A stretch of DNA of 64,000 nucleotides, taken from the NCBI GenBank assembly GCA_000004985.1, contig GG738853.1; one strand, written 5' to 3'. Position 1 is the stretch's first letter. Every line of letters begins with the position of its first letter. The position numbers were made by a program, and so were the translations under genes. Shown here piece by piece: positions 1 through 13,258 of the stretch. The stretch is from Naegleria gruberi. Its lineage: Eukaryota. The notes beneath the pieces were generated by a model. That model was not told the DNA's origin. It saw only the letters and a list, made by a program, of their open reading frames with translations, and ran no database searches.

Positions 1-175
1 CAGGATATGATGTTAGTAAATTTATATTTAATACTAATTTAAATGTAAGTATTCATTAATTATTCAAAAATGATTCAAAAATAATTTATATAATAATTGT
101 TATGATAATATTACATGATAATAATTTAATTAATATTATTTAATAATAATTTAATCTAATAATTAATATAAATAG

Positions 176-1243
176 ATAAATTCAGGTAAATGTATATTTA
201 ATATAGGTGATAATGGACAAGTATTATTTGAAGAAATTGTAACATTTCAATATCAATCCAATGATAATTCTAATAATAATAATAATAATATAATAATACC
301 AATATCTAAAGATGAATCACAATGTAATATAATACCAACATCACCAACATCATCTTTATCTAATAGTAATATTAATAGTGTATTTAAATTAAATATAAAA
401 ACTATAATTGAAAATAATAAAATTAAATGTGAATATGATTGTAATAATATAGATTTAGAATTTGATTATAATGAATATATATGTAAACCAATTAATTGTT
501 CATCTAAATATTTAGATAAAATTATATTTAATTATAATTTATTAAAATGTGAAATACCAATACAATGTAATCAATTTACACAAATTTATAATTTACAAAA
601 TAATACATGTATAAATATAGTAAATAATATATATAGTAATGATATATTAAATAGTATTGAAAATATTAATTTTAAAAATATTGAATGTAATAATGGTATT
701 TTAAATAATTATTTTACATGTATTTGTAATGAAAATTATATTTCCTATTGGAATGATTCAATTTTAAATTTACAATTTTGTAAAATTAATTTATTATTAG
801 AAAATAATTTACAAAATTTAAATATTAATACAATTTTAGATTATATTTTACAATTAGATTCATATATTCAAATTATTTTAATTATTATTTTATTTTTATT
901 AATTTTAATTATTTTATTTTTATTTACTTTTACTTGTACTTGTTCATGTTATAAAAAATTAAATAGAAATTATTTTAATAAAATTAAATATGGTAAATTA
1001 GAAAAGAAATCTATTTTTAAATTATTATTTACTATTATATTTCAATGTGATTTTACAACAAGTGAATTTAATTTATCAGAAAAACATTTTAAAAAAATTA
1101 AAAAATTAAAATTAAAATATTTAAATAATAATAATATTGATAATATTGTTGATAACACATTAAATAATGATATTATTAGTAATAATAATAATAGTAATGA
1201 TAATGATATTAAATGTAATAATAATAATAATAATAACAATTGA
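176..1243 (+). pseudogene. Cryptic, frameshifted ORF for a Cys-rich single-pass membrane protein. It has a C-x-C-rich ectodomain, a TM segment around 870-950, and a K/N-rich tail ending NNNNNNNN-stop at 1241.
   Basis: Hand translation: frame 2 is open 176-611, frame 1 is open 601-667, and frame 2 is open 662-1243. That is 194 stop-free codons in roughly 90% AT DNA, which is far beyond chance. Both frame changes fall at A5-6 runs (about 596-601 and 658-663). No ATG or alt start lies in frame, so the ORF track did not list it. Codon usage is extremely AT-biased (tta/aat/aaa/tgt), unlike neighbouring genes. The 5' end may lie upstream of the window. Confidence 0.35.
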
Positions 1244-1878
1244 TAATAATGGTGGTAATCAACAAGTGTCAACAAATAACATCAATAATTGTCATTCTCA
1301 TCGTAATCATATTGTTTATAAACATCATACAATTAATGATGGTGATGATGATAACACTCAATCATTTAAACAATTTGAAAAACAAGCCTTCAATTATAAA
1401 AAGGCTAGGAAATAAAATCTTTTTTAAAATCATTTTGACTGAAGTTTACAATGTTATTATTTTGACAAGATATTATTAATGTTCGTTGTCATTATGCAAA
1501 TTATGAAGTTTAATTGTTGTATTGTACCTTTCAATAATAATGTATGCATTTAATATTCCCTCTATTATTTACAGGAGGTAATGACAATGATTAACTAATG
1601 GATAATGAAGGTGTTATTGTTGTCAAGTCGGACCATTTTGAAAAAGAGAATTGAAAGTATCAACATCCATCTTGTCTCTTCGTCACACCACAACAAACAA
1701 CAAAAACTAATTGAAGGCTTTGGTTTACGTTGTGTGGTGTGTGAATTTTGCTGTGTGATGATGACTTGTTGTGCGTGTGGGCGCAGAAGCCGGAACAAAA
1801 ATAGCGGGAAGTGGTTGTAAATAAAGAGGTTGTAACGAAGGAGAAGGGTTGACTCTCCAAAAAAAAAACCTCGAAAAA

Positions 1879-3815
<1,937 letters not shown>

Positions 3816-4096
3816 GTGTATCAAATGTAAATTTACGAACGTGGGAACCCAATTTTCATCTCAGGAAAAATAAAAAGAACTTGAGGTTTTTTCTCTTATA
3901 TATTAATTTCAATTTTAATTATTATTATTTCAAGTTAATATTCAAAGACATTGTCATCATGTGAATCACCTTCAATCTTCAACTAACAATATCTATTAAT
4001 TCTATCATACAATTTTCAAGTTAAATCCATAAATAAACTTCATACAACACCATGCCAACTACAACAATTAGGCTTTGAAAAAACAAATACAAAAAA

Positions 4097-5208
4097 ATGG
4101 ACAAACCAAGAATCATTGAACATATTAGCAAACCTCTTAATTGGACCATAAATGATTGCAAATGGGTTCCAAGTAGTGCTAGATTTGTAGCAGCAGGAGG
4201 TGTAGCAAGAGGAACAGGATGTTTACAAGTGTATGCATTATCGGATGATGGTAAAGATGTAAACATGTTGTATGAGATTGAGAATAAACATCCGATCAAG
4301 TGTTGTACATTTGAGGCAACAGGAATTGAAGAAAGACATTTAGCTTGTGGAGATTTTGATGGAAATGTATTATTATATGATATTTCAAAACAAGCAAAAC
4401 AACCAATATTTAAAATTGAACATGCTCATTCACAAATAATTAATTGTATTGATGGATGTGGATTAAGTTATGGACCTCCTGAAATTGCAACTGGATCACG
4501 AGATGGTTGTGTTAAAATTTGGGATTTAAGACAAAAACAAAAACCAATTGTTAGTTTAGAACCTTCAAATGGAAAAGTTGATTGTTGGGCTGTTTGTTTA
4601 GGAAATTCTTTCAATGCAAATGAAAGAGTTTGTGCAAGTGGTTATGAAAATGGTGATTTAAAGATTTTTGATTTGAGAACTAATAGTATTCTGTGGGAAA
4701 CTAATTTAAAGAATGGTATTTGTTCTTTACAATTTGATAGACGTGATATTGAAATGAATAAGTTATTAGCAACTACTCTTGAGGGTAGATTCAATGTTTT
4801 AGATATGAGAACAAGACATCCAGAGAAGGGTTATGCTTCAGTGAGTGAAAAATTGAAAGAAAATACATCAACTATATGGATGGGAAGACATTTACCTCAA
4901 AATAGAGATGTTTTCCTTGTAGCCTCTGGTTCAGGTTTACTTTCACTTTACAAATAGTAAGTAGTTTTTTTTCTCTTTTTATAACACATACTTATTAAAT
5001 GCTTAATAGTAATTATCCTTCTGAGAGAAAGATTGGAAATCCACCTGAAGGTGTGGCTGGTACAGTTTCACTCATTCAAAAACAAACAATTTCTTCACAA
5101 CCTATTTGCTGTTTCGATTGGAATAGAGATAAGGAAGGTTTAGCTGTTGCAGGTGCATTAGATCAATGTTTGAGAGTTATTGTTTGTACAAAATTAAATT
5201 TACTTTAA
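4097..5208 (+). CDS. WDR92: WDR92/Monad (DNAAF10), an axonemal dynein assembly WD40 protein. Exons are 4097..4956 and 5010..5208, with a 53-nt intron (gtaagtag...ttaatag).
   Basis: Strong similarity to human WDR92 at the N-terminus (KPRIIEHISKPLNWTINDCKWVPSSARFV vs [23 protein letters not shown]) and at the C-terminus (LYKYNYPSERK...VAGTVSLIQ...IVCTKLN vs LWKYEYPIQRS...VAGSVSLLQ...LIVTKLN). Splicing joins the two track ORFs in frame. Confidence 0.8.
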
Positions 5209-5302
5209 ATTATTACTTGATAAAAGATTAGATGAATTTATTAAATTTTAAAGAGATTATTTGTTTATTCAAAATAGTTACTAAGGTATTATTGGTAAAG
5301 AA

Positions 5303-6970
5303 TTATCCAAAGTGGAATCTGAAACCACCACCTCCACCACCTGGGAAACCACCACCTTCTTGGAAGAATGAACCGAAAGGATTACCATGTTGGAAACCTC
5401 CGTGATGACCACCTTGATCACCATGTTGGAAATCATTTTCACCAGCATCATATCTTTGCCTCTTTGAATCGTCACTTAAAACTTCATAGGCTTCAGTAAT
5501 TTCCTTATACTTTTTAGCAGCCTTATCTTTATCTGCTTGAGTTTTATGTTTATCAGGGTGATAGATTTTAACTAATTTTCTATAGGCTTTCTTAATATCT
5601 GATAATGTAACTTGATCCTTATTCTTTCTATCAAAACCAAGAGCCTTATAGTGATCTCTTTGAGAATTAATTCTTTCTTGTTGTTGAATTCTACCAAGAA
5701 TTTGTTGTAACTTTTGTTGATGTTTGTTAGCATGTTCAGATTCTCTAACTTGATTAGCATCTGCTTTAGCTTTATCAAAATCATCTAAAGTGACATGTAA
5801 TTGAGCTCTACTAATTAAACATGCCATTTTATATTCAGAATTATCTGAATTACCTAATGAATCAATAACTGATGTACACAATTTAATACCCTCATCTGCA
5901 TTTGTATGATCTTGTGCTTCACCATATGATTGACATGTTTTAACTTTAACATCAATCATATCAACACCAGGTAAAATTGATTTAGCATCATTTTCCATTA
6001 ATTCAATATATTCTTTAAAATGTTTAATTGCAGAATTATGATTTCCAGAATTGAAATCATTATTTGCTTGTTCATTTAATCTTTCTGCTTGTTTAAATAA
6101 TTTAAATAATTCTTTACAATTTCTATTTTCTGGATCTACTCTTAAACATTTAGTTTTAATAGTATTTTTAGCAGTTTCAATATCTCCTAATAAATATAAA
6201 TATTTTGAATAGAGTATTGTTGCTTGTACATTTGTATTATCTTTAGCATAAATAGTTTTAATATCTTGCATTAAGAGTTGTAATAATTTTGATCGAAGTG
6301 AACAATGTGCACGTTCAATTATTAAATCAACGCTTTCTCTTGCTCCAACTTCTTCTGAAAGTAATTTTGTAATTACTTGTACACATCTCTTACTATTTTC
6401 ATTAGAATTTAAATCAAACTTTTCTTGAATATCACTACTTTCTGGATTTTTAACAATTTCAGAATATAATGATTTACCTAATAAGGCTTTTTTCAATTTT
6501 TCCTTAGTATCATCACTTGGTTTCAATTTTAATAAAGAATTAAAAGCTGAAACTGATTGATCAAATAATCCAAGTGATAAGGCTAATTGTCCTTTCATAG
6601 ATAATGCTTGAGTATGATCAGATTGAATATTAATTAAAGAATCAACATCAGATAATGCAAATTTAAACTTTTTCAATAATTGATAAGTTTCTGCTCTTTT
6701 TAAATAGGCTCTCTTATTTTCTCTTTCAACTTCAAGTGCAGAAGTATATTTTGAAATAGCTTGTTGATAATCTCTATTTCTAAAATCTTTATCTCCAAGT
6801 TCAATCCATTCTTCTGCTGTTTTACTTTTTTGTTGTGGTTGAGCAATGGTACATATTGCTGTAATAATAAGAAGAATAAAAATAACTTTAATTGATGGAG
6901 TTGTACAACTCTTCAGAAGACTAGTCTTTCCGAGAGTGTTGTCGTTGATGGTCTTCGGAATCAGCAGCAT
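5303..6970 (-). CDS. DNAJC3/P58IPK-like co-chaperone with an N-terminal hydrophobic signal or anchor, multiple TPR repeats, a C-terminal J domain (HPD motif) and a Gly/Phe-rich tail.
   Basis: TPR consensus repeats across about 300 aa. The J domain reads DYYKALGFDRKNKD...IYHPDKHKT...AYEVLSD. The tail is GGGFPGGGGGGFRFHFG. Confidence 0.8.
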   Translation of the reverse strand: MLLIPKTINDNTLGKTSLLKSCTTPSIKVIFILLIITAICTIAQPQQKSKTAEEWIELGDKDFRNRDYQQAISKYTSALEVERENKRAYLKRAETYQLLKKFKFALSDVDSLINIQSDHTQALSMKGQLALSLGLFDQSVSAFNSLLKLKPSDDTKEKLKKALLGKSLYSEIVKNPESSDIQEKFDLNSNENSKRCVQVITKLLSEEVGARESVDLIIERAHCSLRSKLLQLLMQDIKTIYAKDNTNVQATILYSKYLYLLGDIETAKNTIKTKCLRVDPENRNCKELFKLFKQAERLNEQANNDFNSGNHNSAIKHFKEYIELMENDAKSILPGVDMIDVKVKTCQSYGEAQDHTNADEGIKLCTSVIDSLGNSDNSEYKMACLISRAQLHVTLDDFDKAKADANQVRESEHANKHQQKLQQILGRIQQQERINSQRDHYKALGFDRKNKDQVTLSDIKKAYRKLVKIYHPDKHKTQADKDKAAKKYKEITEAYEVLSDDSKRQRYDAGENDFQHGDQGGHHGGFQHGNPFGSFFQEGGGFPGGGGGGFRFHFG

Positions 6971-7381
6971 GGGATTTGAACAAAGCCTTTTTTTTATGTC
7001 GACGTGCTGAATTTTTTTTATTGTTTATTTGAATGGATGTTGGGTCGTGTTGGAGGAACACGTGTTTTTCAAATTCCTTCACCTCCATCATGAAGAATCT
7101 CTAGCTGTTGTTAGATATTACTTCAGTATCGGAATTTTTGGATAGCTTCTAATGGGAAGACTAGAGAGTTATCAAGTATTAAATGAATAGCTGTCAATTA
7201 TCAAAGTCATACAATAATTATTGAGTAAATTTCAACAAGCCTATTAAGCAATGAACAACCATCAATTGTGTCTCATCAAAACTAATAGTGTATTCATTGT
7301 TCTTCTTATTGTTGTATTAGTATGGTGATTGTCAAGTGATGCTAATATTCATCAAATCATCATCAAATAATAAATTAAAAA

Positions 7382-7990
7382 ATGAGTGAATCTGAATTTA
7401 CACAACAACAAGAAGACCAAATTCTTGAACAATTCTCCAAGTTGCAACAAGAATACAACAACTTTGCCTCCACTGTGGCAAGAATTGAATTGGAAGTTAG
7501 AGATCATGGGTATGTTTGATCATCATAGGTGGAAAAATAATTTATTAAATTGTATAATTTAGTTCCGTTATTTCTGCTCTCAAGGAATTGGATGGTGATA
7601 GAAAATGTTTTAGAGTTGTCGGAGGTGTTTTAGTTGAACGAACAATCAAAGAAGTTATTCCAGCCGTCGAAGGTAATTTGGAAAATGTAAGTTTATAATA
7701 TCAATGAAAAAGATAATTGAAATATGTCTTCGTCGTCATCATCTTACTATTTGTCATCATCAATCTTTCCTGATAATAATTGAAAATGATAATAATAATA
7801 ATATGGACGCACTTGAAAATTCGGAATTATTTAGCTTGAACTCACTGAAAAGAAATTAAAACAAGATTTAGAAGATAAAGAATTAGAATTACTTGCATTC
7901 AAGGAAAAGTACAAGATTAAATTTAAACATGAAGCTATTGCTGAAACTGAAAGAAAGAGTACTGGTAAATCAAGTGGAGTTTTAGCCTAA
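7382..7990 (+). CDS. PFDN2: Prefoldin subunit 2 (135 aa). Exons are 7382..7509, 7563..7686 and 7835..7990, with introns GTATGT...TTTAG and GTAAGT...TTTAG.
   Basis: Spliced product RKCFRVVGGVLVERTIKEVIPAVEGNLEN...KSSGVLA matches PFDN2 (RKCYRMVGGVLVERTVKEVLPALENNKEQ...SSAGVLVS). The three exons are each under 60 aa, so none appear in the ORF track. Confidence 0.75.
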
Positions 7991-7994
7991 AAAA

Positions 7995-8264
7995 ATGTCT
8001 CAACAAAATAAATCAGAATTTGATCAAGAAATTGAACAACAAGGAGGTTTTATTGTTCCATTCGAGGAAAAGAAAAGAAATAGAACACAATTATGTAATT
8101 TAGAAGAAGATGCTCTTCAAGTTTGTGTTTTAAATAATAGAGGTATTGTCGGATGTGAAAAGGAAATTGAAAAATTTAATAATTGTAGAATGAAGGAATT
8201 TGCAAAACAATCAAGAGAAGAAAATAGAAAATTGGAAAGAGAACATTCTGCAAGAAAAAGATAA
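7995..8264 (+). CDS. Twin CX9C (CHCH-domain) small protein, probably a mitochondrial intermembrane-space protein of the COX17/COX19/CMC class.
   Basis: Two CX9C motifs are present: C-NLEEDALQV-C and C-EKEIEKFNN-C. The start context is aaaaaaATG. The ORF begins 4 nt after the PFDN2 stop. Confidence 0.6.
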   Translation: MSQQNKSEFDQEIEQQGGFIVPFEEKKRNRTQLCNLEEDALQVCVLNNRGIVGCEKEIEKFNNCRMKEFAKQSREENRKLEREHSARKR

Positions 8265-8306
8265 TTTATTTACAATGAATCGATGAAGGGGAATATACAC
8301 ATTAAT

Positions 8307-9734
8307 TTAAACATTTCTTACAACAAAGTCAATAGCATCGGCTACATATTCAACATTCTTTCTATTTAAACCACACATACTAATTCTACCATTATCAGTA
8401 AGATAAATATGGTATTTTTCAATCAAGACAGCAACGTGTTTCTTTTGAAGACCAGTGAATGAAAACATGCCAATTTGTTCAAGAATGTGATTCCAATTAC
8501 CTGGTGTATTTCTCTTCTTGAGGGCATCAAAAAGTAATTGTCTCATTTCCTTAATTCTGTCACTCATCATGATTAATTCCTTCTTCCATTCAGCAAAATA
8601 TTCAGGATTACTTAAAGTCATTGCAACAATTCTAGCACCTTGCAATGGTGGTGATGAATATAAACATCTGACAATAACCTTCATTTGTGATTGAATTTGC
8701 TTGGCAGTTTCAACATTATTTACAACAATGTTCAATGCACCAATTCTTTCACCATATAAACCAAAATTCTTGGCATAACTTTGAGATGCCAACATTTCAA
8801 TACCACGATCAACAAACATTCTAATAGCAGCAGCATCCTTATCCAAATCACCACTTGCAAATCCTTGATAAGCACTATCAAAGAAAGTAAAGTGACCCTT
8901 TTCTTGCATAACATCAGCAATGATTGACCATTGTTCTGGAGTTGGATCAACACCTGTTGGATTGTGAGCACAAGAGTGCAAAAGAACGACTGACTTGTTT
9001 GGAATTGTCTTTAAATCATGAATCATATCATTGAAAGCCAATCCATTTGTCTTATTATCGAAATATCTGTAATATCCAACTGGAACACCAGCAGATTGAC
9101 AAATTTGAATGTGATTAATCCAAGTTGGATTACTAACATATAAGGCAGTACCAGCAGGTAAAAACTTGGCAATAAATTCAATTCCCAATCTCAATGCACC
9201 TGTACCAGAGATTGATTGCACACAAACAATACGACCTTCTTGGAGGGCCTTGCAGTTTTCTCCGAACATTAATTTTGGTGAGACTTTTTTGAATGCTTCC
9301 AAACCATCTTGTGGAATGTATTCCTTGTCCAAGTTTTGTTCGAGGATCTTTTGTTCAACCTTCTTAACAACATTTAAAACCAATGGTTTACCTTCTTCTG
9401 TTCTATAAGCACCAACACCAAGATTAACCTTGCTTGGACTTGTATCTTCTTTGAATGCTTCACTTAAACCCAAGATTGGATCTCTAGGAGCAGTAGGAAT
9501 GGTACCGAAAATGCTTGTCATTTTGTTAGAAGCTGCTGTTGTGTTACTATACAAAAATGATTGTTGCTCGTAGTCAATGCTATCAGAGAGGAGTGATTTT
9601 TTTTGATTAAGAAAATCAAGGCTGGAAGAACTATTAATACTCTCATCATGACTTAAACTTCCTGGTGCGATATGATGAGCGATCATTTCAATTCTCCTGT
9701 TAGAGTTGTTATTGTTATTACTTTGATTGACCAT
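8307..9734 (-). CDS. Aspartate aminotransferase of the cytosolic GOT1 type, with a roughly 75-aa N/S-rich N-terminal extension.
   Basis: The AAT signature SQSYAKNFGLYGERIGALNIV contains the PLP-lysine context. The protein aligns colinearly to GOT1 (SIFGTIPTAPRDPILGL...HNPTGVDPTPEQW...GLNRKNVEYVADAI). Confidence 0.9.
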   Translation of the reverse strand: MVNQSNNNNNSNRRIEMIAHHIAPGSLSHDESINSSSSLDFLNQKKSLLSDSIDYEQQSFLYSNTTAASNKMTSIFGTIPTAPRDPILGLSEAFKEDTSPSKVNLGVGAYRTEEGKPLVLNVVKKVEQKILEQNLDKEYIPQDGLEAFKKVSPKLMFGENCKALQEGRIVCVQSISGTGALRLGIEFIAKFLPAGTALYVSNPTWINHIQICQSAGVPVGYYRYFDNKTNGLAFNDMIHDLKTIPNKSVVLLHSCAHNPTGVDPTPEQWSIIADVMQEKGHFTFFDSAYQGFASGDLDKDAAAIRMFVDRGIEMLASQSYAKNFGLYGERIGALNIVVNNVETAKQIQSQMKVIVRCLYSSPPLQGARIVAMTLSNPEYFAEWKKELIMMSDRIKEMRQLLFDALKKRNTPGNWNHILEQIGMFSFTGLQKKHVAVLIEKYHIYLTDNGRISMCGLNRKNVEYVADAIDFVVRNV

Positions 9735-10329
9735 AATGATAGAATTGATAGAGTTGATAGAGTGAGAATCTATTTTGTATGATGGTTAAATTGCAATAAA
9801 TAATAAATAATAATAATAATATTATTATGTGTGATGAAATTATATTGTGATGAAAATATATGGGTAAAAGCCTTGGTTTGTAAATGTTTCTACATTTGTT
9901 AAAATGGTTTTGTTTGAACGTTCCAAAGAGCATAATGTACATATTTAGAGTGATTGTAAAGTGTGTTTCAGTTCATAAAGAATAGAAAAATATTAATTTC
10001 GGAATGATGATGAAAATACTTACTCCAATAGAAAGTAATATGAAGCAAATGTTTAATTGCTGTTGACAGCCACAATCAATGGAAATATTTTTAATTATTG
10101 TGTTCTTCTTGTGGTTGCTCATATTGTTGTTGGTTGTTAAGAATCCGACGGAAAATTAATGAAATATCCAATTCAACTACAAATTTTGTGCTGTTCATCC
10201 CATACACTCTCTACTTTACAAATCTCTTGTTTACAAATAATTATTAAGATTATGAGCTGTTCATTAATGATTGGCTTTATTCACAAGAAGTGAAATTGCT
10301 TCATATTTTCTGTTCAATGAATTCAAAAG

Positions 10330-11703
10330 TTAATTTCCTAATATTGTTGGTGATGATGATGGTAAATATAATTCAGGATAACAATTATTCATTCTCGCTC
10401 TCAATAATTCAATTGAATAGTTAAGTGAAAATCCATTTTGATAAATTGCTTGTAAAATCATTTCCTCTGAAATTCTATTTGATGGAATGTAACCTACTAC
10501 ATACTTTAATACGAATCCATTTCTCTTAATAGCTTCAAGAATAAACTCTTCATTAGTTCTCAATTTAGATTCAGTGAAGACTAATGCTCTTCCACTTAGA
10601 CTGAGTGCAGTTAGTGCAATTTCTAAATCCAATTTAAATTCAGTATTTGCAACACAACTTATCATTAAACCATCTCCTTGAACAGCTTTCAAAGCTAATT
10701 CTCTATCAGTCTTACGTAATTGAGATGAAACCCATTCATAAGCATATGGAGTTTTAGTGACAGCTGTCATTGCTATTTCTCTATCATTTTGTAATTCTGT
10801 TGATGCCTCAGAAAGAGCTGACCCTGTTTGTTGAATTGCTGCCATTACAACTTGTTTATCATTTTTCAATCTTTTAGAAGCAAATCTTAAAGCAAAAGGT
10901 TCTCCTCTGTTGATTGCCATTAATATCAAATCCTTATCATCCATTAATTTCAATGCAAATGGTGAAATAATTTCAAGAGTTTTATATGCATTCTTATTGA
11001 TTGCTTCCATTATAACATCTCTATCCTTCTTAAATTGATTACTTAAATAGGAAAGTGTTTTTACATTTCTGGAAACAACTTTTAAAACCATTGATTTTTC
11101 CTTTTTAAATTTTTTAGGTGCTTTTTGGATAACAACTGCATTTGATTCAATTGCTTTCAATATCATTTCATCATCATTACATTTCTTATAATTAATTTCC
11201 GGTTGAGTTTTGTCGATTTTTGAATTTTTAATTTCTAAATATCTTTCTAATAGAATTGGATCTTTAAATATAGAATAATTATATGATAAATAATTAACTT
11301 CAATTGCTTTGAATATGAATTCTCTATCATTTCTCAATGAATAACTTGCTTGTTCAAGTAAATAAGGACACTCTCTAATAAATTGTAACATTAAATTCGA
11401 ATCTCCATTAACATTCTCTAATGAATCGGCGATTGAATATTTTTTATGAATTATTACTTTAATCCAATAAAATTCCTTATCACCCATAAATTCAATCGGA
11501 GTAAATTCATCATTTTTAGAAAATTCCCATCGATTGGTTAAATATTTCATTTTGTAAAATTGTTGATTCCTAAATTTACATTTCAACAATTCAAGTAATT
11601 GCTCCAAAGATGATGAAACAATGGTATGATTATTCGAATCATCATGATCACTACTATATTGAATATTAACGTCAGAGAAATTTGGTTTCATTTTTTTTAA
11701 CAT
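10330..11703 (-). CDS. DUF4116-repeat protein of 457 aa, with about 9 repeats in the C-terminal half and a unique N-terminal region.
   Basis: Repeated units of about 33 aa of the form L+NDREIxLxAIxxNGxxLxYxSxEL, for example NDKQVVMAAIQQTGSALSEASTELQNDREIAMTAV. Confidence 0.75.
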   Translation of the reverse strand: MLKKMKPNFSDVNIQYSSDHDDSNNHTIVSSSLEQLLELLKCKFRNQQFYKMKYLTNRWEFSKNDEFTPIEFMGDKEFYWIKVIIHKKYSIADSLENVNGDSNLMLQFIRECPYLLEQASYSLRNDREFIFKAIEVNYLSYNYSIFKDPILLERYLEIKNSKIDKTQPEINYKKCNDDEMILKAIESNAVVIQKAPKKFKKEKSMVLKVVSRNVKTLSYLSNQFKKDRDVIMEAINKNAYKTLEIISPFALKLMDDKDLILMAINRGEPFALRFASKRLKNDKQVVMAAIQQTGSALSEASTELQNDREIAMTAVTKTPYAYEWVSSQLRKTDRELALKAVQGDGLMISCVANTEFKLDLEIALTALSLSGRALVFTESKLRTNEEFILEAIKRNGFVLKYVVGYIPSNRISEEMILQAIYQNGFSLNYSIELLRARMNNCYPELYLPSSSPTILGN

Positions 11704-12241
11704 CCAGATTTCTAATTCCTTCTTACTATTATTATGCTAACAAAATCACGAGATGAAAAACAATGAAAATTAGTTTTCCATTTCCTACATTGGAAGGTTA
11801 GCTGGTCAATCAAGATAAATGCAGAGAATGATTAGTCAAAGAATGAGTTGCCAAACCATGGTTTGTTTATTGAATGTTATTTTGTAATATGTGAAATAGG
11901 TTAAATTGTAAAATCATGCAGTAATGTGTTCATTTGGAGCATGTTAAACAACTATTTACCTCTTCTGAATTGTTTCAGGAGTATATTCCAGTGCAATGGA
12001 ATTCATGGGATTTCAAATTCAATTTTTGGCAATCAATTAAATGACTAGATTTGGAGGTATGGAATAATACATCCTTTGAGTGCGTACATTCATACACCAC
12101 TCAATACATGCTATTTATCCTCATCCCTATTAAATAACATGTAACGGTAACATTTTCATAAAGAAGAAGAAATTTTGGAGGGAAATAAAATCACTATAAA
12201 ATTGAACGACTATGTGAATTATATGAAAAAAACAATTGAAA

Positions 12242-13258
12242 ATGAATCATTTAGAACCTAAACTCTTTGAACAATACAAACAATTAGAAAAAGAAGAGGA
12301 AATCCTCAAAGAAAATCCTCATCGTTTTGTTCTCTTTCCACTTCATTATCCTAAAATGTGGGAAATGTACAAAAAGACAATGGCTTCATTCTGGACAGTG
12401 GAGGAGGTTGATCTTCACACTGATATAACTGAATGGGAAAAACTCAATTCTAATGAACAACATTTCATCAAGACAGTGCTGGCCTTCTTTGCAGCCAGTG
12501 ATGGAATTGTCAATGAAAATCTATGTCAACAATTCATGGCACAAGTTCAAGTACCAGAAGCAAGATGTTTCTATGGATTTCAAATTGCCATTGAAAATAT
12601 TCATGCTGAAATGTATAGTACTCTCATTGAAACTCTGATTAAAGACCAAAGAGAAAGAAATCGTCTATTTCATGCCATTGATACAGTACCATCAGTTCAA
12701 AAGAAAGCTAACTGGGCATTGAAATGGATTAATTCTGAGAATTTGTTTGCTGAAAGATTGTTGGCATTTGCATGTGTGGAGGGAATTTTCTTCTCTGGAA
12801 GTTTTTGTTCAATTTTCTGGTTAAAGAAACGTGGTCTGATGCCTGGTTTATCATTCTCTAATGAATTGATATCTCGTGATGAAGGGTTACATACAGATTT
12901 CGCATGTTTACTCTATTCCACATTGAAATACACTAAATTACCTCAACAAGTAGTTCATTCACTTGTTTATGAAGCTGTTGAGATTGAGAAGGAATTTATC
13001 AGTGAAAGTTTACCAGTTGATTTGATTGGAATGAATAGTAGATTAATGCAACAATATATTGAAATGGTTGCTGATAGATTGTTGGTTTCTATTGGATATG
13101 AAAAGATTTATAACTCATCAAATCCATTCGATTGGATGAATATCATATCTGTCAGTGGAAAGACAAACTTTTTTGAGAAGAAAGTTGGAGAATATGCCAA
13201 GGCAAATATAATGTCCAATAAGAAAGATAAGGTTTTCAGATTGGATGATGATTTTTAA
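12242..13258 (+). CDS. RNR2: Ribonucleoside-diphosphate reductase small subunit (R2).
   Basis: Near-identity to eukaryotic R2 ([52 protein letters not shown]). Iron ligands and the radical Tyr are conserved. The track start at 12236 is a TTG. The ATG at 12242 has the A-rich context. Confidence 0.9.
   Translation: MNHLEPKLFEQYKQLEKEEEILKENPHRFVLFPLHYPKMWEMYKKTMASFWTVEEVDLHTDITEWEKLNSNEQHFIKTVLAFFAASDGIVNENLCQQFMAQVQVPEARCFYGFQIAIENIHAEMYSTLIETLIKDQRERNRLFHAIDTVPSVQKKANWALKWINSENLFAERLLAFACVEGIFFSGSFCSIFWLKKRGLMPGLSFSNELISRDEGLHTDFACLLYSTLKYTKLPQQVVHSLVYEAVEIEKEFISESLPVDLIGMNSRLMQQYIEMVADRLLVSIGYEKIYNSSNPFDWMNIISVSGKTNFFEKKVGEYAKANIMSNKKDKVFRLDDDF

Noticed and set aside
1042-1479. Track ORFs 1042..1275, 1167..1415 and 1240..1479 in poly-I/L/N-rich AT DNA.
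   Set aside because: They are low-complexity reading of about 90% AT sequence, overlapping one another in different frames. The only statistically convincing frame here is the cryptic one reported separately.
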